Shown one piece after another: positions 36,087-45,741 of a stretch of 64,000 nt of DNA. Source of the stretch: Bacteroidota bacterium (GTDB lineage Bacteria > Bacteroidota > Bacteroidia > Bacteroidales > JAGONC01); the NCBI GenBank assembly GCA_022711405.1, contig JAKLFC010000011.1, positions 8,255 through 72,254 on the forward strand, given 5' to 3'. The translations under genes were made by a program, and so were the position numbers. The notes beneath the pieces are model-generated. The model did not search any database and had not been told where the DNA came from. It saw only the letters and a list, made by a program, of their open reading frames with translations. The stretch's first letter is position 1; the number at the start of each line of letters is the position of its first letter.

Positions 36087-36968
36087 CTATAACTGCTGCA
36101 ACCGGTCCATCAGCAATTCTACCAGCTGGCCGACCTTGCTCTTGTAACCGGGATCGTACTGGTTGGAAGCCCGGTTGGCAATGGCAGCACAAACCGTAAT
36201 GGCTTCATGACCAAGCATCCTGCAAAGACCGTAAAGCGCTGAGGTTTCCATTTCATAATTCGTGATCTTTCTTCCCCTGAAAGAAAAGGAAGCGATCGCA
36301 TCATTGAGCTCTGGATAGGCGAGGCGAAGTCGCACCGAGCGACCCTGCGGTCCATAGAATCCCGGGGCAGTAAGGGTCATCACTTTCAGGAATCCTGCAT
36401 CGAGCTTCTGCATCAGGAGCTCGGATCCTCTGGCAGCATAGGGCTGGGATAGCTTTTCCGGCCAGTGGGTGTGTGCACGGAAAGCTTCGGCAAGATCATA
36501 TTCAAGGAGATTGTTCTCATCGCGGTAATAATTCATCAACCCATCAATGCCGATGGCATATTCCGACATGACAAAAGCATTCAGGGGGACTTCCGGCTGG
36601 ATCGCACCCGAAGTGCCAATGCGCAGGATGGTCAGCCGCGTGTGGTCACTTTTCCTGGTACGCGTGCTGAAATCAATATTGACCAGGGCATCCAGCTCAT
36701 GCACGATAATGTCGATGTTATCGGGTCCCATCCCCGTCGACATGACCATCACCCTCTTATTGCCCAGGTACCCGGTATGGGTCAGCAACTCCCTGTTCTG
36801 TCCGATGTACTCGATCTGGTCAAAATGGCCTGAGATCATTCCAACACGCTCGGGGTCACCTACAATGATCACGCAGGGAGCAACCTGCTCCGGTTTCAGG
36901 TGCAGGTGGTAGACGCTTCCATCAGGATTGATGATCAGGTCGGTGTGCTTGTAAAACGGTTCACTCAT
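36087..36968 (-). CDS. Nucleoside phosphorylase (PNP/UDP-1 family)
   Basis: I prefer ATG 36968 (MSEPFYKHTDL...). VIIVGDPERV, MSTGMGPDNIDI, RIGTSGA, EMETSALY. Confidence 0.75.
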   Translation of the reverse strand: MSEPFYKHTDLIINPDGSVYHLHLKPEQVAPCVIIVGDPERVGMISGHFDQIEYIGQNRELLTHTGYLGNKRVMVMSTGMGPDNIDIIVHELDALVNIDFSTRTRKSDHTRLTILRIGTSGAIQPEVPLNAFVMSEYAIGIDGLMNYYRDENNLLEYDLAEAFRAHTHWPEKLSQPYAARGSELLMQKLDAGFLKVMTLTAPGFYGPQGRSVRLRLAYPELNDAIASFSFRGRKITNYEMETSALYGLCRMLGHEAITVCAAIANRASNQYDPGYKSKVGQLVELLMDRLQQL

Positions 36969-37042
36969 GCGACAAAAGTAATCAAACCGCCTGTACATCC
37001 ATGATGGAAATCCGTAATTTTGTGCGTTCTAAAGCGCATCGC

Positions 37043-38287
37043 ATGAAAAAAGCAGAGATCATTGCCATCGGTGACGAGCTCCTGATCGGGCAGGTCATCA
37101 ATACCAATGCAGCCTGGATCGCATCGGAGCTGAGCGACATCGGCATTATGACCGTCCGGATGACGGCTGTGGGAGATGACCTTGACGAAATAGAGGATTC
37201 CATCAAGGCTGCAACCTCGCGGGCCGGCGTGATCCTGGTGACCGGAGGGCTGGGCCCAACCCGGGATGATATCACCAAAACGGCTTTCTGCAGGTACTTC
37301 AACGTATCCCTGCGCTTCGATGAATCTGTTTATGAACAGGTCAGCCAACAGTTGCGGAACAGGCGGATACCAGCCCTGCACTCGCAACGCTCCCAGGCCA
37401 TGGTCCCTGAAGGTGCCCGGCCGGTACCCAACACCGTGGGAACTGCTCCCGGACTCTGGTTTGAGAAAAATGAACGGATCTATATCGTCATGCCGGGAGT
37501 TCCCTTTGAAATGAAAGAGATGATGCAGCAGCACATCCTCCCTGAACTGAAAAAGCGTTTCGCGGAGGATGTCATCCTTCATAAGACCGTACTGACGACG
37601 GGTGCCGGTGAGTCAAAGATAAGCGAGATGATCGAACCGTGGGAGCTGGCACTCCCTCCCCATATCAGGCTGGCCTACCTGCCGCAGCCCGGACTGGTCA
37701 GGCTGCGTCTTTCGGGAAAGGGCACGAATGCCGAAGAACTTGCCCATGAGATCCATGATCAGATCATCCGGCTCAGCCAGCTGATCCCGGAATTGATCTT
37801 CGGTTATGATGATGACACATTGGAAGGAGTGATCGGGAAAGAATTGTCCGAAAAACATCAGACCCTGGCCACGGCAGAGAGCTGCACAGGTGGCTACATT
37901 GCCCACCTGATCACCAGTGTTCCCGGGAGCTCACGGTACTACACAGGCTCGGTCGTCGCCTATGCCAATCCCATCAAGGAACAGGAACTCGGGGTTCAGT
38001 CCCAATCCCTGCTAACATTCGGTGCGGTGAGCGAACAGGTGGTCAGGGAGATGGCTGAAGGGATCCGGAACCGGTTCGGTACTGATTATGCCGTTTCAAC
38101 TTCCGGTATTGCCGGTCCGGATGGCGGCACACCCGAAAAGCCCGCCGGGACCGTCTGGATTGCTGTATCTTCCCCCGGAGGTACCACTGCCAGGAAATTT
38201 TTCTTCAAGGACGACCGCCTGCGGTTCATCCGGCGTACGGCCATGGCGGCGCTGGATATGCTGAGGAAAGAGATTGCTAATTCATAG
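37043..38287 (+). CDS. cinA: CinA family protein (MoCF-biosynthesis-like domain + nicotinamide-nucleotide amidohydrolase domain)
   Basis: I prefer ATG 37043 (MKKAEIIAIGDELLIGQVINTN). C-terminal LATAESCTGG motif. Confidence 0.85.
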   Translation: MKKAEIIAIGDELLIGQVINTNAAWIASELSDIGIMTVRMTAVGDDLDEIEDSIKAATSRAGVILVTGGLGPTRDDITKTAFCRYFNVSLRFDESVYEQVSQQLRNRRIPALHSQRSQAMVPEGARPVPNTVGTAPGLWFEKNERIYIVMPGVPFEMKEMMQQHILPELKKRFAEDVILHKTVLTTGAGESKISEMIEPWELALPPHIRLAYLPQPGLVRLRLSGKGTNAEELAHEIHDQIIRLSQLIPELIFGYDDDTLEGVIGKELSEKHQTLATAESCTGGYIAHLITSVPGSSRYYTGSVVAYANPIKEQELGVQSQSLLTFGAVSEQVVREMAEGIRNRFGTDYAVSTSGIAGPDGGTPEKPAGTVWIAVSSPGGTTARKFFFKDDRLRFIRRTAMAALDMLRKEIANS

Positions 38288-38347
38288 CCATTGATGGTCA
38301 TTCGTAGTCATCTGCCAGCACTCCGTGCTTTACGTGATTCGTAGTCA

Positions 38348-38386
38348 TACATGACAAGGAATGACTATAAATGACAACGAATGACA
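38348..38386. repeat. ATGAC motif repeated four times at exact 10-bp spacing (38351, 38361, 38371, 38381)
   Basis: ACATGACAAGGAATGACTATAAATGACAACGAATGACAG. Preceded by two ATTCGTAGTCAT direct repeats (38299-38310, 38337-38348). Confidence 0.85.
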
Positions 38387-38469
38387 GAAAAATAACTCTC
38401 ATTTGTTTATTTGATTTTTTTTCCCGTACTTTGCACCCCACTTTTTGAACGACGGAAAATTTTAAGAAA

Positions 38470-38709
38470 ATGTCACGCATTTGTCAAATCACCGGAAAAA
38501 GCATGATCGTAGGGAACAGTGTTTCCCATTCGAATATCAAGACTAAAAGAAGATTCTATCCCAACCTGCAAACCAAACGATTCTTTGTGGAGGAAGAAGG
38601 CAAATGGATCACCCTGAAGGTATCTGCAGCAGGACTGAGGAATATCAATAAGAAAGGCCTGTATGCCTGCATTCAGGAAGCCAGGGAAAAGGGATTCCTG
38701 GATAAATGA
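38470..38709 (+). CDS. rpmB: 50S ribosomal protein L28
   Basis: 79 aa. [34 protein letters not shown]. Confidence 0.9.
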   Translation: MSRICQITGKSMIVGNSVSHSNIKTKRRFYPNLQTKRFFVEEEGKWITLKVSAAGLRNINKKGLYACIQEAREKGFLDK

Positions 38710-38750
38710 CAGATCAAAAGAGCCACGATCAATAATAGATCAAGCAAGGA

Positions 38751-38781
38751 ATGCCGTTACCTGATGGAAACGGCATTTTTT
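38751..38781 (+). terminator. Rho-independent terminator of rpmB
   Basis: ATGCCGTT - 10-nt loop - AACGGCAT followed by a T6 run, 42 nt after the stop codon. Confidence 0.7.
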
Positions 38782-38819
38782 CATTTAATTGGATATGACA
38801 TCTCTCCCGGCAATTCCCT

Positions 38820-38841
38820 GGTCCCCGCGAAAGCGGAGATC
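38820..38841. repeat. Second copy of the CCCCGCGAAAGCGG(G/A)GA hairpin family
   Basis: GGTCCCCGC-GAAA-GCGGAGATC. Compare 28553-28580. Confidence 0.6.
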
Positions 38842-38927
38842 TGGGAGGGGTAAATAGATTCATTCTTCATTGTTTGCTGAAAATAAATTTCTCCGGGGGC
38901 CGTTTTCATTAATCCACCAAATCAAGG

Positions 38928-38935
38928 TATCTTTG
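38928..38935 (+). promoter_or_regulatory. -7 box TATCTTTG
   Basis: 10 nt before ATG 38946. Confidence 0.4.
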
Positions 38936-38945
38936 TGGGCTGCCG

Positions 38946-39611
38946 ATGAAACGAACTTACCATATCCTGTTCCTGTTCCTGATCCTGTTCCCGGGTTCAG
39001 ATCTATGGTCACAGACCGGTGACCAAAAGAAACAGGAAGAAAAGGAAAGGCTGGTACAGTTTTCGGGAGTGGTGGTCACGGCCGACAGCCTTCGTCCGGT
39101 TCCCTTCACGCATATCATGGTCAAGAAAAACCGCTGGGGCACAGTGGCCGATTACTACGGTTATTTCTCCTTCGTTGCACGGGCAGGTGATACGATACTG
39201 TTCACATCGGTGGGATATAAAAGATCATCCTATACGATCCCTGACACGATTACCAGGAGCCGTTATACGCTGATCAAGACCATGACCGCGGATACGATTC
39301 TGCTGGATGAAACCGTGATCTACCCGTGGCCGACAAAAGAGCAATTCAGGGAAGCATTTGTCAAAATGGACATCCCCCAGGACGACCTGGAGCGGGCCCG
39401 CATCAACCTTGCACGGGCTGAACTGAAGGAACGGGCTATGTCATCGCCCATGGACGGGAGCATGAACTATAAGAATTACATGCAGTGGGAAACCTATAAA
39501 CACTACTATATCGGCCAGACACAACCCATCACCATCCTCGACCCCTTTGCCTGGGCGCAGTTCTTCAAGGCATGGAAGGAGGGGAAATTCAAACGCCAGA
39601 AGAAACAGTAA
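38946..39611 (+). CDS. Carboxypeptidase-regulatory-like domain protein (secreted)
   Basis: 221 aa. Signal peptide ILFLFLILFPGSDLWSQ. FSGVVVTADSLRPVPFTHIMV...GYFSFVARAGDTILFTSVGY. Confidence 0.6.
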   Translation: MKRTYHILFLFLILFPGSDLWSQTGDQKKQEEKERLVQFSGVVVTADSLRPVPFTHIMVKKNRWGTVADYYGYFSFVARAGDTILFTSVGYKRSSYTIPDTITRSRYTLIKTMTADTILLDETVIYPWPTKEQFREAFVKMDIPQDDLERARINLARAELKERAMSSPMDGSMNYKNYMQWETYKHYYIGQTQPITILDPFAWAQFFKAWKEGKFKRQKKQ

Positions 39612-39646
39612 GATCAAAAATCAAGAAGCAAAAATCAAATATCAAA
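39612..39646. repeat. Heptamer array GATCAAA AATCAAG AAGCAAA AATCAAA TATCAAA
   Basis: Starts immediately after the stop at 39611. Confidence 0.8.
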
Positions 39647-39686
39647 AGGTATTCATCATCCCCGATCATGAACGACAACTGCTTAT

Positions 39687-39714
39687 TGCCAACTGCCAAC
39701 CGCCAACTGTCAAC
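39687..39714. repeat. Heptamer array TGCCAAC TGCCAAC CGCCAAC TGTCAAC, ending 6 nt before ATG 39721
   Basis: Read directly. Confidence 0.85.
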
Positions 39715-39720
39715 CGGTCA

Positions 39721-42207
39721 ATGATTCGATCCTTCCACCTCATATTCCTTCTTTTATTCCTGTTTCCGTTCTTTCTGACGGGTCAGGAAACGGCAATTAT
39801 TTATGGTAAGGTGACCGCGAGCCGGTATGAACCACTGGAACTGGTCAATATTTCGGTTGCGGGATTCCCAAGCGGCAATGCGACGGACAAATCAGGAAAC
39901 TATGAGATAAAGGTACCCGCCCTTACCGAAATGACCGTCGTCTACAGTTTTGTGGGATACGTTACACAGCGTTATGAATTTTACCTGGAACCTGGCGAAA
40001 GAAAAGAGATCAATGTCATCCTGCAACCATCCACCACCGAGCTGCCGGATGTGGTCATAGAGGACCAGAAGCTCAGGACTACCACCCTTACCCGGATCGA
40101 CCCCAAAGACGCCACCCTGATCCCCTCTGTCTCGGGCAGCTCTATCGAGAGCCTGATCAAGACTCTGCCCGGCGTGGCAGGCACCAACGAGCTGAGCTCA
40201 CAGTATTCGGTACGCGGAGGCAATTACGACGAGAACCTGGTCTACGTCAATGATATCGAGATCTACCGCCCCTTTCTCATCCGGTCGAGCCAGCAGGAGG
40301 GACTCAGCTTCCTGAATCCCGACCTGGTGTCGGCCATTTCCTTCTCAGCGGGCGGCTTTGATGCCGAATACGGGGATAAATTATCCTCCGTGCTGGATAT
40401 CAAATATAAACAGCCCACCCGGTTCGCAGGCTCCTTCTCCCTCAGCCTTCTGGGAGCAACCTTTCATCTGGAAGGTGCCGACCGCAACCAGCGCTTTACC
40501 TACCTGCTGGGTGTCCGCTATAAGAACAACCAGTACATCCTCAAAGGCCTTGAAACTGAAGGAGACTATAAACCTGTATATACCGACGTCCAGACATTGC
40601 TGAGCTACAGGCTGACCGAAAAACTCAACCTCTCCTTTTTAGGCTATATGGCCAGAAATATCTACCAGGTGGTCCCCCAGTCCAGGGAAACCGCTTTTGG
40701 TGCCATCAATGAGGCGTACAAGTTCACGGTCTACATGGAGGGAAATGAACGTGACAAGTTTGTCAATTACCTGGGAGGACTTACCCTGGACTACAACCTG
40801 AAGGAAAACCTGAGGATGAAGTTCATTGCATCGGGATTCCGCACACTGGAGACCGAGAATTTTGATATCCTGGGGCAATACTGGATCTCACGCCTGGAAA
40901 CGGACTATACCAGCGAGGATTTCGGAGAGCCCACCGAACTCCTGGGAGTCGGCTCCTACCTCGATCATGCCCGCAATGATCTGGTAGCGAATGTCTTCAA
41001 CCTGGAACACAGGGCGATCTATGATGTTTCGCGTCATTACATCCAGTGGGGGGTGAAATACCAGCATGAATGGATCGAGGATGCGTTGGTTGAATGGGAA
41101 CTGCTCGACTCGGCAGGTTTTTCCCTTCCGCATCCCCCCGATTCCATAGGATACACCGTTCCTTCGGCCCAGCCATCACATCCCTTTGAACTTTTCTCTG
41201 CCGCCAGGGCAGACCATACCCTTTCTTCCAACCGCTTCACGGCTTTTGGGGAGGATAGCTGGAGCATCCTGGTCACCGATTCGTCACGGCTTGCCCTGAC
41301 CTACGGGATCAGGTTTCATTACTGGGATATGAACCAGCAGTTCCTGGTCAGCCCCCGGTTTACCCTCTCCTACAAGCCTCGCATGAAACAGGATATCCTC
41401 TTCCGTTTTTCTTCCGGGTATTACTACCAGCCACCCTTTTACCGCGAGATGCGGGATTATGAAGGCAACCTCAACACCGACCTGAAGGCCCAGAAGTCGA
41501 TCCACTTCGTCCTGGGCAGCGACTGGAATTTCACGGCATGGTCGCGGCCCTTCAAGTTCGTGACGGAAGTCTACTATAAAAAGCTGGATGACCTGGTTCC
41601 ATATATCATCGACAACGTCAGGATACGGTATGCTGCGACGAATAACTCCCACGGCTATGCAGCCGGCATCGACATGAAGGTGAACGGCGAATTTGTGAAA
41701 GGGATGGAATCCTGGGCCAGCCTTTCCTTCATGAAGACCATGGAGGATATTGAAGATGACTACTATTTTGATGCCGACAGCAATATCGTTTACCCCGGGT
41801 ACATCCGAAGGCCGACCGATCAGAGGATCAATTTCGGTCTGTTCTTTCAGGATTATCTTCCCATGAACCCGACCTACCGGATGCAGATGACGTTCCTGTA
41901 CGGGACCAATCTGCCGTTTGGTCCACCGGATCAGCCCAAATACAAGCATGTGTTTGAATCGTCACCCTACCTGCGCGTGGATGTCGGATTTTCAAAGCAG
42001 CTGATCGGGCAGGGGACATTCTTTTCTGAAAAGAATCCCTTGCGCTACATTGAAAATGCCTGGATCAGCCTTGAAGTATTCAACCTTCTGCAGCATAAGA
42101 ATACCGTCTCCTACCTCTGGGTGCGGACCATCGACAATTACCAGTATCCTGTTCCCAACCGCCTGACGCCCAGGCAGCTGAATGTAAGGCTTGTAGTGCA
42201 ATTTTAA
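39721..42207 (+). CDS. TonB-dependent receptor-like outer membrane protein
   Basis: I prefer ATG 39721 ([22 protein letters not shown]). CarboxypepD_reg-like domain, plug motif ([41 protein letters not shown]), and C-terminal ...RLVVQF. The upstream part of the supplied ORF only reads through heptamer repeats. Confidence 0.75.
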   Translation: MIRSFHLIFLLLFLFPFFLTGQETAIIYGKVTASRYEPLELVNISVAGFPSGNATDKSGNYEIKVPALTEMTVVYSFVGYVTQRYEFYLEPGERKEINVILQPSTTELPDVVIEDQKLRTTTLTRIDPKDATLIPSVSGSSIESLIKTLPGVAGTNELSSQYSVRGGNYDENLVYVNDIEIYRPFLIRSSQQEGLSFLNPDLVSAISFSAGGFDAEYGDKLSSVLDIKYKQPTRFAGSFSLSLLGATFHLEGADRNQRFTYLLGVRYKNNQYILKGLETEGDYKPVYTDVQTLLSYRLTEKLNLSFLGYMARNIYQVVPQSRETAFGAINEAYKFTVYMEGNERDKFVNYLGGLTLDYNLKENLRMKFIASGFRTLETENFDILGQYWISRLETDYTSEDFGEPTELLGVGSYLDHARNDLVANVFNLEHRAIYDVSRHYIQWGVKYQHEWIEDALVEWELLDSAGFSLPHPPDSIGYTVPSAQPSHPFELFSAARADHTLSSNRFTAFGEDSWSILVTDSSRLALTYGIRFHYWDMNQQFLVSPRFTLSYKPRMKQDILFRFSSGYYYQPPFYREMRDYEGNLNTDLKAQKSIHFVLGSDWNFTAWSRPFKFVTEVYYKKLDDLVPYIIDNVRIRYAATNNSHGYAAGIDMKVNGEFVKGMESWASLSFMKTMEDIEDDYYFDADSNIVYPGYIRRPTDQRINFGLFFQDYLPMNPTYRMQMTFLYGTNLPFGPPDQPKYKHVFESSPYLRVDVGFSKQLIGQGTFFSEKNPLRYIENAWISLEVFNLLQHKNTVSYLWVRTIDNYQYPVPNRLTPRQLNVRLVVQF

Positions 42208-43433
42208 GCAAAACTAAGTATCGACTCGCGAATTCTCTGGACCGCATCCAGGATCTGTTCCTGTGTGATCACCAGCGGAGGAGCGAACCGGATGATATGC
42301 TGGTGCGTGGGCTTGGCCAGCACACCGTTCTCCGCCATCTTCAGACAGACATCCCATGCTTCCTTTCCGTTCTTCGGTTTGATAACGATGGCATTCAACA
42401 GTCCTTTTCCCCTCACCAGCTCGATCATGTCGGATGGGATCTTTTTCATTTCCGACCGGAATAGCTGACCCATCTGTTGAGCATTTTCTGCAAGGTTCTC
42501 ATCGCGGAGGACCTGCAGGGATGTGACGGCGACCTTTGCCGCAAGCGGATTGCCGCCAAAGGTACTTCCGTGCTGACCGGGTTTGATGGTCAGCATGACC
42601 TCATCGTCGGCAAGGACCGCGGAAATCGGATAGGCCCCGCCTGAAAGCGCTTTGCCCAGGATGATCATATCCGGCCGCACGTCTTCGTGGTCGCAGGCCA
42701 GCATACGGCCGGTACGGGCAAGTCCGGTCTGAACCTCATCGGCAATGAACAGCACATTCTTCGACTGGCACAGCCGGCAGGCTGAGGAAAGATATCCTTC
42801 ATCCGGTACAAATACACCTGCTTCCCCCTGGATGGGCTCCACCAGGAAGCCTGCCACATCGGGATCCTCCAGCGCCTTCTCCAGCGCGGGGATATTGTTG
42901 TAGGGGATTACGACAAATCCGGGCGTATAGGGGCCAAAGCCTTCCCGTGCATCCGGATCGGTGGATGCAGAGATCACCGTAATGGTCCGTCCGTGAAAAT
43001 TACCTTCGCATACGATCACTTTAGCTTTTGACTCCTGGATGCCTTTGACATGATAGGCCCATTTGCGGCAGAGCTTCAGCGCAGTTTCCACTCCTTCCGC
43101 GCCCGTATTCATGGGCAGCATCTTATCATAGCCGAAGAATTCGGTGATGTATTTTTCGTAAGGGCCCAGTGAATCATTGTAAAACGCCCTCGACGTCAGC
43201 GTCAGCGTCTTTGCCTGGTCAATGAGCGCTTGGATGATGCGCGGATGACAGTGCCCCTGGTTGACCGCTGAATAGGCAGATAAAAAATCGTAGTAGCGCT
43301 TTCCTTCCACATCCCAGAGGTAAACCCCCTCACCACGCGACAGCACCACTGGCAGCGGATGGTAATTGTGCGCTCCGTACTTCTCTTCCAGCCCCATCAG
43401 GTAGGCCGAGGTCATTTTTTCTGTAAGTTCCAT
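42204..43433 (-). CDS. rocD: Ornithine--oxo-acid aminotransferase
   Basis: 409 aa. [46 protein letters not shown]. Class-III PLP aminotransferase pattern. Confidence 0.85.
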   Translation of the reverse strand: MELTEKMTSAYLMGLEEKYGAHNYHPLPVVLSRGEGVYLWDVEGKRYYDFLSAYSAVNQGHCHPRIIQALIDQAKTLTLTSRAFYNDSLGPYEKYITEFFGYDKMLPMNTGAEGVETALKLCRKWAYHVKGIQESKAKVIVCEGNFHGRTITVISASTDPDAREGFGPYTPGFVVIPYNNIPALEKALEDPDVAGFLVEPIQGEAGVFVPDEGYLSSACRLCQSKNVLFIADEVQTGLARTGRMLACDHEDVRPDMIILGKALSGGAYPISAVLADDEVMLTIKPGQHGSTFGGNPLAAKVAVTSLQVLRDENLAENAQQMGQLFRSEMKKIPSDMIELVRGKGLLNAIVIKPKNGKEAWDVCLKMAENGVLAKPTHQHIIRFAPPLVITQEQILDAVQRIRESILSFA

Positions 43434-43481
43434 AAAATCAATAATTTAAAATCTTCTGTTAATTAAATCACAATACCCTTG

Positions 43482-43489
43482 CAAAGGTA
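43482..43489 (-). promoter_or_regulatory. -7 box TACCTTTG upstream of rocD
   Basis: 48 nt upstream of ATG 43433. Confidence 0.45.
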
Positions 43490-43572
43490 CCGATTTCATT
43501 GATACAGAAAAAGCTCCCGGAGTTAATTTCCTATAGTTGGAATTGAAAATATCAGAACGACAGAGGTTTTTT

Positions 43573-43618
43573 ATTTAACCACGGAGAACACAGAGGAAAT
43601 ACGGAGGCGCACAGATTG
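43573..43618. repeat. TTAACCACGGAG-family element, solo arm (copy 2)
   Basis: TTTAACCACGGAGAACACAGAGGAAATACGGAGGCGCACAGATTG. I did not find an inverted partner. Confidence 0.6.
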
Positions 43619-43734
43619 AATGTAGCCTAATCCCCAGATCCGAGGAGCTGAATTACGGTGGAATTGCTGGCTTGACCCGCGGCTCCGTAGCAGCCAAATA
43701 TAGGTAGCAGTAGAGGATATTGACCCCACCCCCT

Positions 43735-43776
43735 AAGCACCTCCCCTTCAGGGGAGGAGTTGGGAAGGGGTGCTTG
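43735..43776. repeat. Hairpin element AAGCACCTCCCCTT-CAGG-GGAGGAGTTGGGAAGGGGTGCTT
   Basis: Imperfect stem. Overlaps the stop codon and last 9 codons of the 43748-44440 gene. Confidence 0.65.
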
Positions 43777-44440
43777 ATTTCAGTACATATTCCCGAGCAA
43801 GGTATGTCTCGATGGTATGATAATCCAGGAAGGATCTTGTATCAGTGTACACCTGGATCATATGGTACCACATGGTAAGGGGATTGCCAAAGAAAATGAA
43901 GGGATTGGTCAGGTGTTGTCTTTTCCGGAAATGCTCCTCCACGATGCCGTCCCATCCCTCCAGGGCATCCCTCCCCCTGGCATCCACAACATTCCGGTTA
44001 TAGTGCCACAGGGGATGGATCTTCAGGGACAGCGGCGTATGACTGTTGAGCCAGCGGTCCAGGAATGTTGCATAATCAATGCCTGGTTTTTTCCGGAACA
44101 AGGTAAGCAGGCAAACTCCCGGTGTCCGTGTCCCGTCGGCCCAGGTTTTTTGATAGGCGACAGGCAGGGCTTCCGTCACCTGGTATACGCCAGCCAATCC
44201 CTTTGGCAGGAAGGTCAGTTCTGTCATCCCTTCGATCTTCCCGGAAATCGACAGTACGGCTGCTTTTCTTCTTTTAAAAGGGATAACCGATAGTGGAGGC
44301 GGAGGACCCTCGGTAAGCGTCAGGGATACATTTACTCCCGGTGCATTTGTGGCAACCTTCCTGGCGAAGTCCAGTACGCGCTCCTTAAATGCATTGCAGG
44401 ATTCCTGCTTTTCGCCCCGTATCAGAATCATGGATTTCAT
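43748..44440 (-). CDS. Hypothetical protein, possibly EthD-like
   Basis: 230-aa ORF. Weak resemblance of IDYATFLDRWLNSHTPL...WDGIVEEHF to EthD domains. The last 9 codons lie inside a hairpin repeat. Confidence 0.4.
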   Translation of the reverse strand: MKSMILIRGEKQESCNAFKERVLDFARKVATNAPGVNVSLTLTEGPPPPLSVIPFKRRKAAVLSISGKIEGMTELTFLPKGLAGVYQVTEALPVAYQKTWADGTRTPGVCLLTLFRKKPGIDYATFLDRWLNSHTPLSLKIHPLWHYNRNVVDARGRDALEGWDGIVEEHFRKRQHLTNPFIFFGNPLTMWYHMIQVYTDTRSFLDYHTIETYLAREYVLKSSTPSQLLP

Positions 44441-44500
44441 TGTGGTCTTTTAAAGGATTCGTTTTATTTTAGCCTCTTTTTTACAGGCAAAGAAAATAAA

Positions 44501-45559
44501 ATGAGCGTTACGAAACAATATCCAAAAGGGATCAGCATTCTGGTTACCGGCGGTACCGGTTTTTTGGGCCGGCGAATCGTGGAGGAGTTCCTGGCACCCG
44601 ACTGCCCTGTCGCGGTGTTGGCCATCACCGTTTTTGATGTTAAGGAATCAGTTATTCCTTTGTCATCAAAAGTACGTTTTATACAGGGGGATGTGCGCCA
44701 TTATGAACAACTCTCCGACGCTTGTAAAGGGGTGGATGCCGTGATCCATTCGGCGGCCATCATCGACTGGGGTACAAAATCGGAAGAAGAGGTTTTATCG
44801 GTCAATTACACCGGTACCGTGAATGTGCTCAGGGCCTGCAGGGAACACGGCATCCGGTCCCTGGTGTACACTGGCTCGCTGGATGCGGTGTTCACCGGCA
44901 AACCCCTGGTGGATATCGATGAGGCGCAGCCCTATCCCGAAAGACACCAGACGGTCTACTGCCGCTCCAAGTACCTGGCCGAGCAGGCCGTAAGGTCGCT
45001 GGATCATGGTTCGGTCGACTGGGTGGTTTTGCGTCCTTCCGACATCTACGGCGAAGCCGATCCCTACCATATCGGCTCGCTGATCGATATGGCCCGGAAA
45101 GGCTTTTATGTCCGGCTGGGTAATGGCAGGTCGAAATGTCAGCATGTATATGTGGGGAACATGGCCCATGCGCACGTGCTGGCTGTGAAAGCGTTGCTGG
45201 AAAAGGAACCCGGTGTGGCCGGCAAAGTCTATTTCATCACCGACGGCCCGGGCACAAACTTTTTCTCCTTTTTTGACCCTATCGTTACCGGGGCAGGGTA
45301 CAGGATCTTTCCAAAGAATCTCTGGCTTCCAGAAGGTCTTGCCTATGCCATCGGCAGCATTTCCGAATTTTTTGCCTGGCTGATCCGTCCTATCGTGCGG
45401 TATTATCCTAAATTCAGCCGGTTTGCCGTAACCTATACCTGTACTGATTTTACATTTTCTTCAGCCAAGGCTGAAAAAGAGCTGGGTTTCAGGCCGAAAT
45501 ACAGCCAGGCGGAAGCTTTGAAAAGGACAGTGGAATATTACAGGAAGCAGCGGGATTAG
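44501..45559 (+). CDS. 3-beta-hydroxysteroid dehydrogenase/isomerase-like NAD-dependent epimerase/dehydratase
   Basis: 352 aa. VTGGTGFLGRRIV. YCRSKYLAE (YxxxK). Confidence 0.8.
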   Translation: MSVTKQYPKGISILVTGGTGFLGRRIVEEFLAPDCPVAVLAITVFDVKESVIPLSSKVRFIQGDVRHYEQLSDACKGVDAVIHSAAIIDWGTKSEEEVLSVNYTGTVNVLRACREHGIRSLVYTGSLDAVFTGKPLVDIDEAQPYPERHQTVYCRSKYLAEQAVRSLDHGSVDWVVLRPSDIYGEADPYHIGSLIDMARKGFYVRLGNGRSKCQHVYVGNMAHAHVLAVKALLEKEPGVAGKVYFITDGPGTNFFSFFDPIVTGAGYRIFPKNLWLPEGLAYAIGSISEFFAWLIRPIVRYYPKFSRFAVTYTCTDFTFSSAKAEKELGFRPKYSQAEALKRTVEYYRKQRD

Positions 45560-45621
45560 GTCAGCGGTCAGCGGTCGGCGGTCGGCGGTCGGCGGTCAGC
45601 AGTCAACAATCAACAGTCAAA
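45559..45621. repeat. Nine-unit heptamer array GGTCAGC x2, GGTCGGC x3, GGTCAGC, AGTCAAC, AATCAAC, AGTCAAA
   Basis: Begins on the last base of the TAG stop at 45557-45559. Confidence 0.9.
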
Positions 45622-45655
45622 GGGCAGCGGCTTATCCCGATAAGCGATGTGATGA

Positions 45656-45707
45656 GGGATTGGAATTTGGAATTTGTTTGGATTTTGGATCCTGGAATTT
45701 GGGATTT
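45656..45707. repeat. GGAATTTGG-family repeat (copy 2)
   Basis: GGGATTGGAATTTGGAATTTGTTTGGATTTTGGATCCTGGAATTTGGGATTT. Confidence 0.85.
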
Positions 45708-45714
45708 ACACAAG

Positions 45715-45741
45715 AGAGGCTGCCCTTTTGGGACAGCCTCT
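45715..45741. repeat. Hairpin AGAGGCTGCCC-TTTT-GGGACAGCCTCT
   Basis: 11-bp stem with one bulged A. Read directly. Confidence 0.6.

Noticed and set aside
38470-38945. Expected rpmG (L33) gene directly after rpmB, as in many Bacteroidota
   Set aside because: No L33-like ORF exists in the 236 bp downstream. rpmB has its own strong terminator, so L33 is simply encoded elsewhere.
39547-39720. N-terminal 58-codon extension of the TonB-dependent receptor ORF (MPGRSSSRHGRRGNS...)
   Set aside because: It overlaps the upstream gene end and translates the two heptamer arrays. A proper signal peptide starts at ATG 39721.
43434-43747. tRNA, rRNA or known riboswitch in the larger gaps (43434-43747, 45560-46106, 60985-61218, 38710-38945)
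   Set aside because: By eye I found no tRNA-like T-arm/anticodon architecture and no riboswitch core that I recognise. The gaps are largely explained by repeat elements. A covariance-model scan is still needed to be sure.
45559-45621. Short tandem arrays (7-, 8- and 10-bp units here and at 14873, 18603, 31423, 38348, 39612) as a CRISPR array
   Set aside because: The units are far too short, directly abutting and without unique spacers. No cas genes are present.
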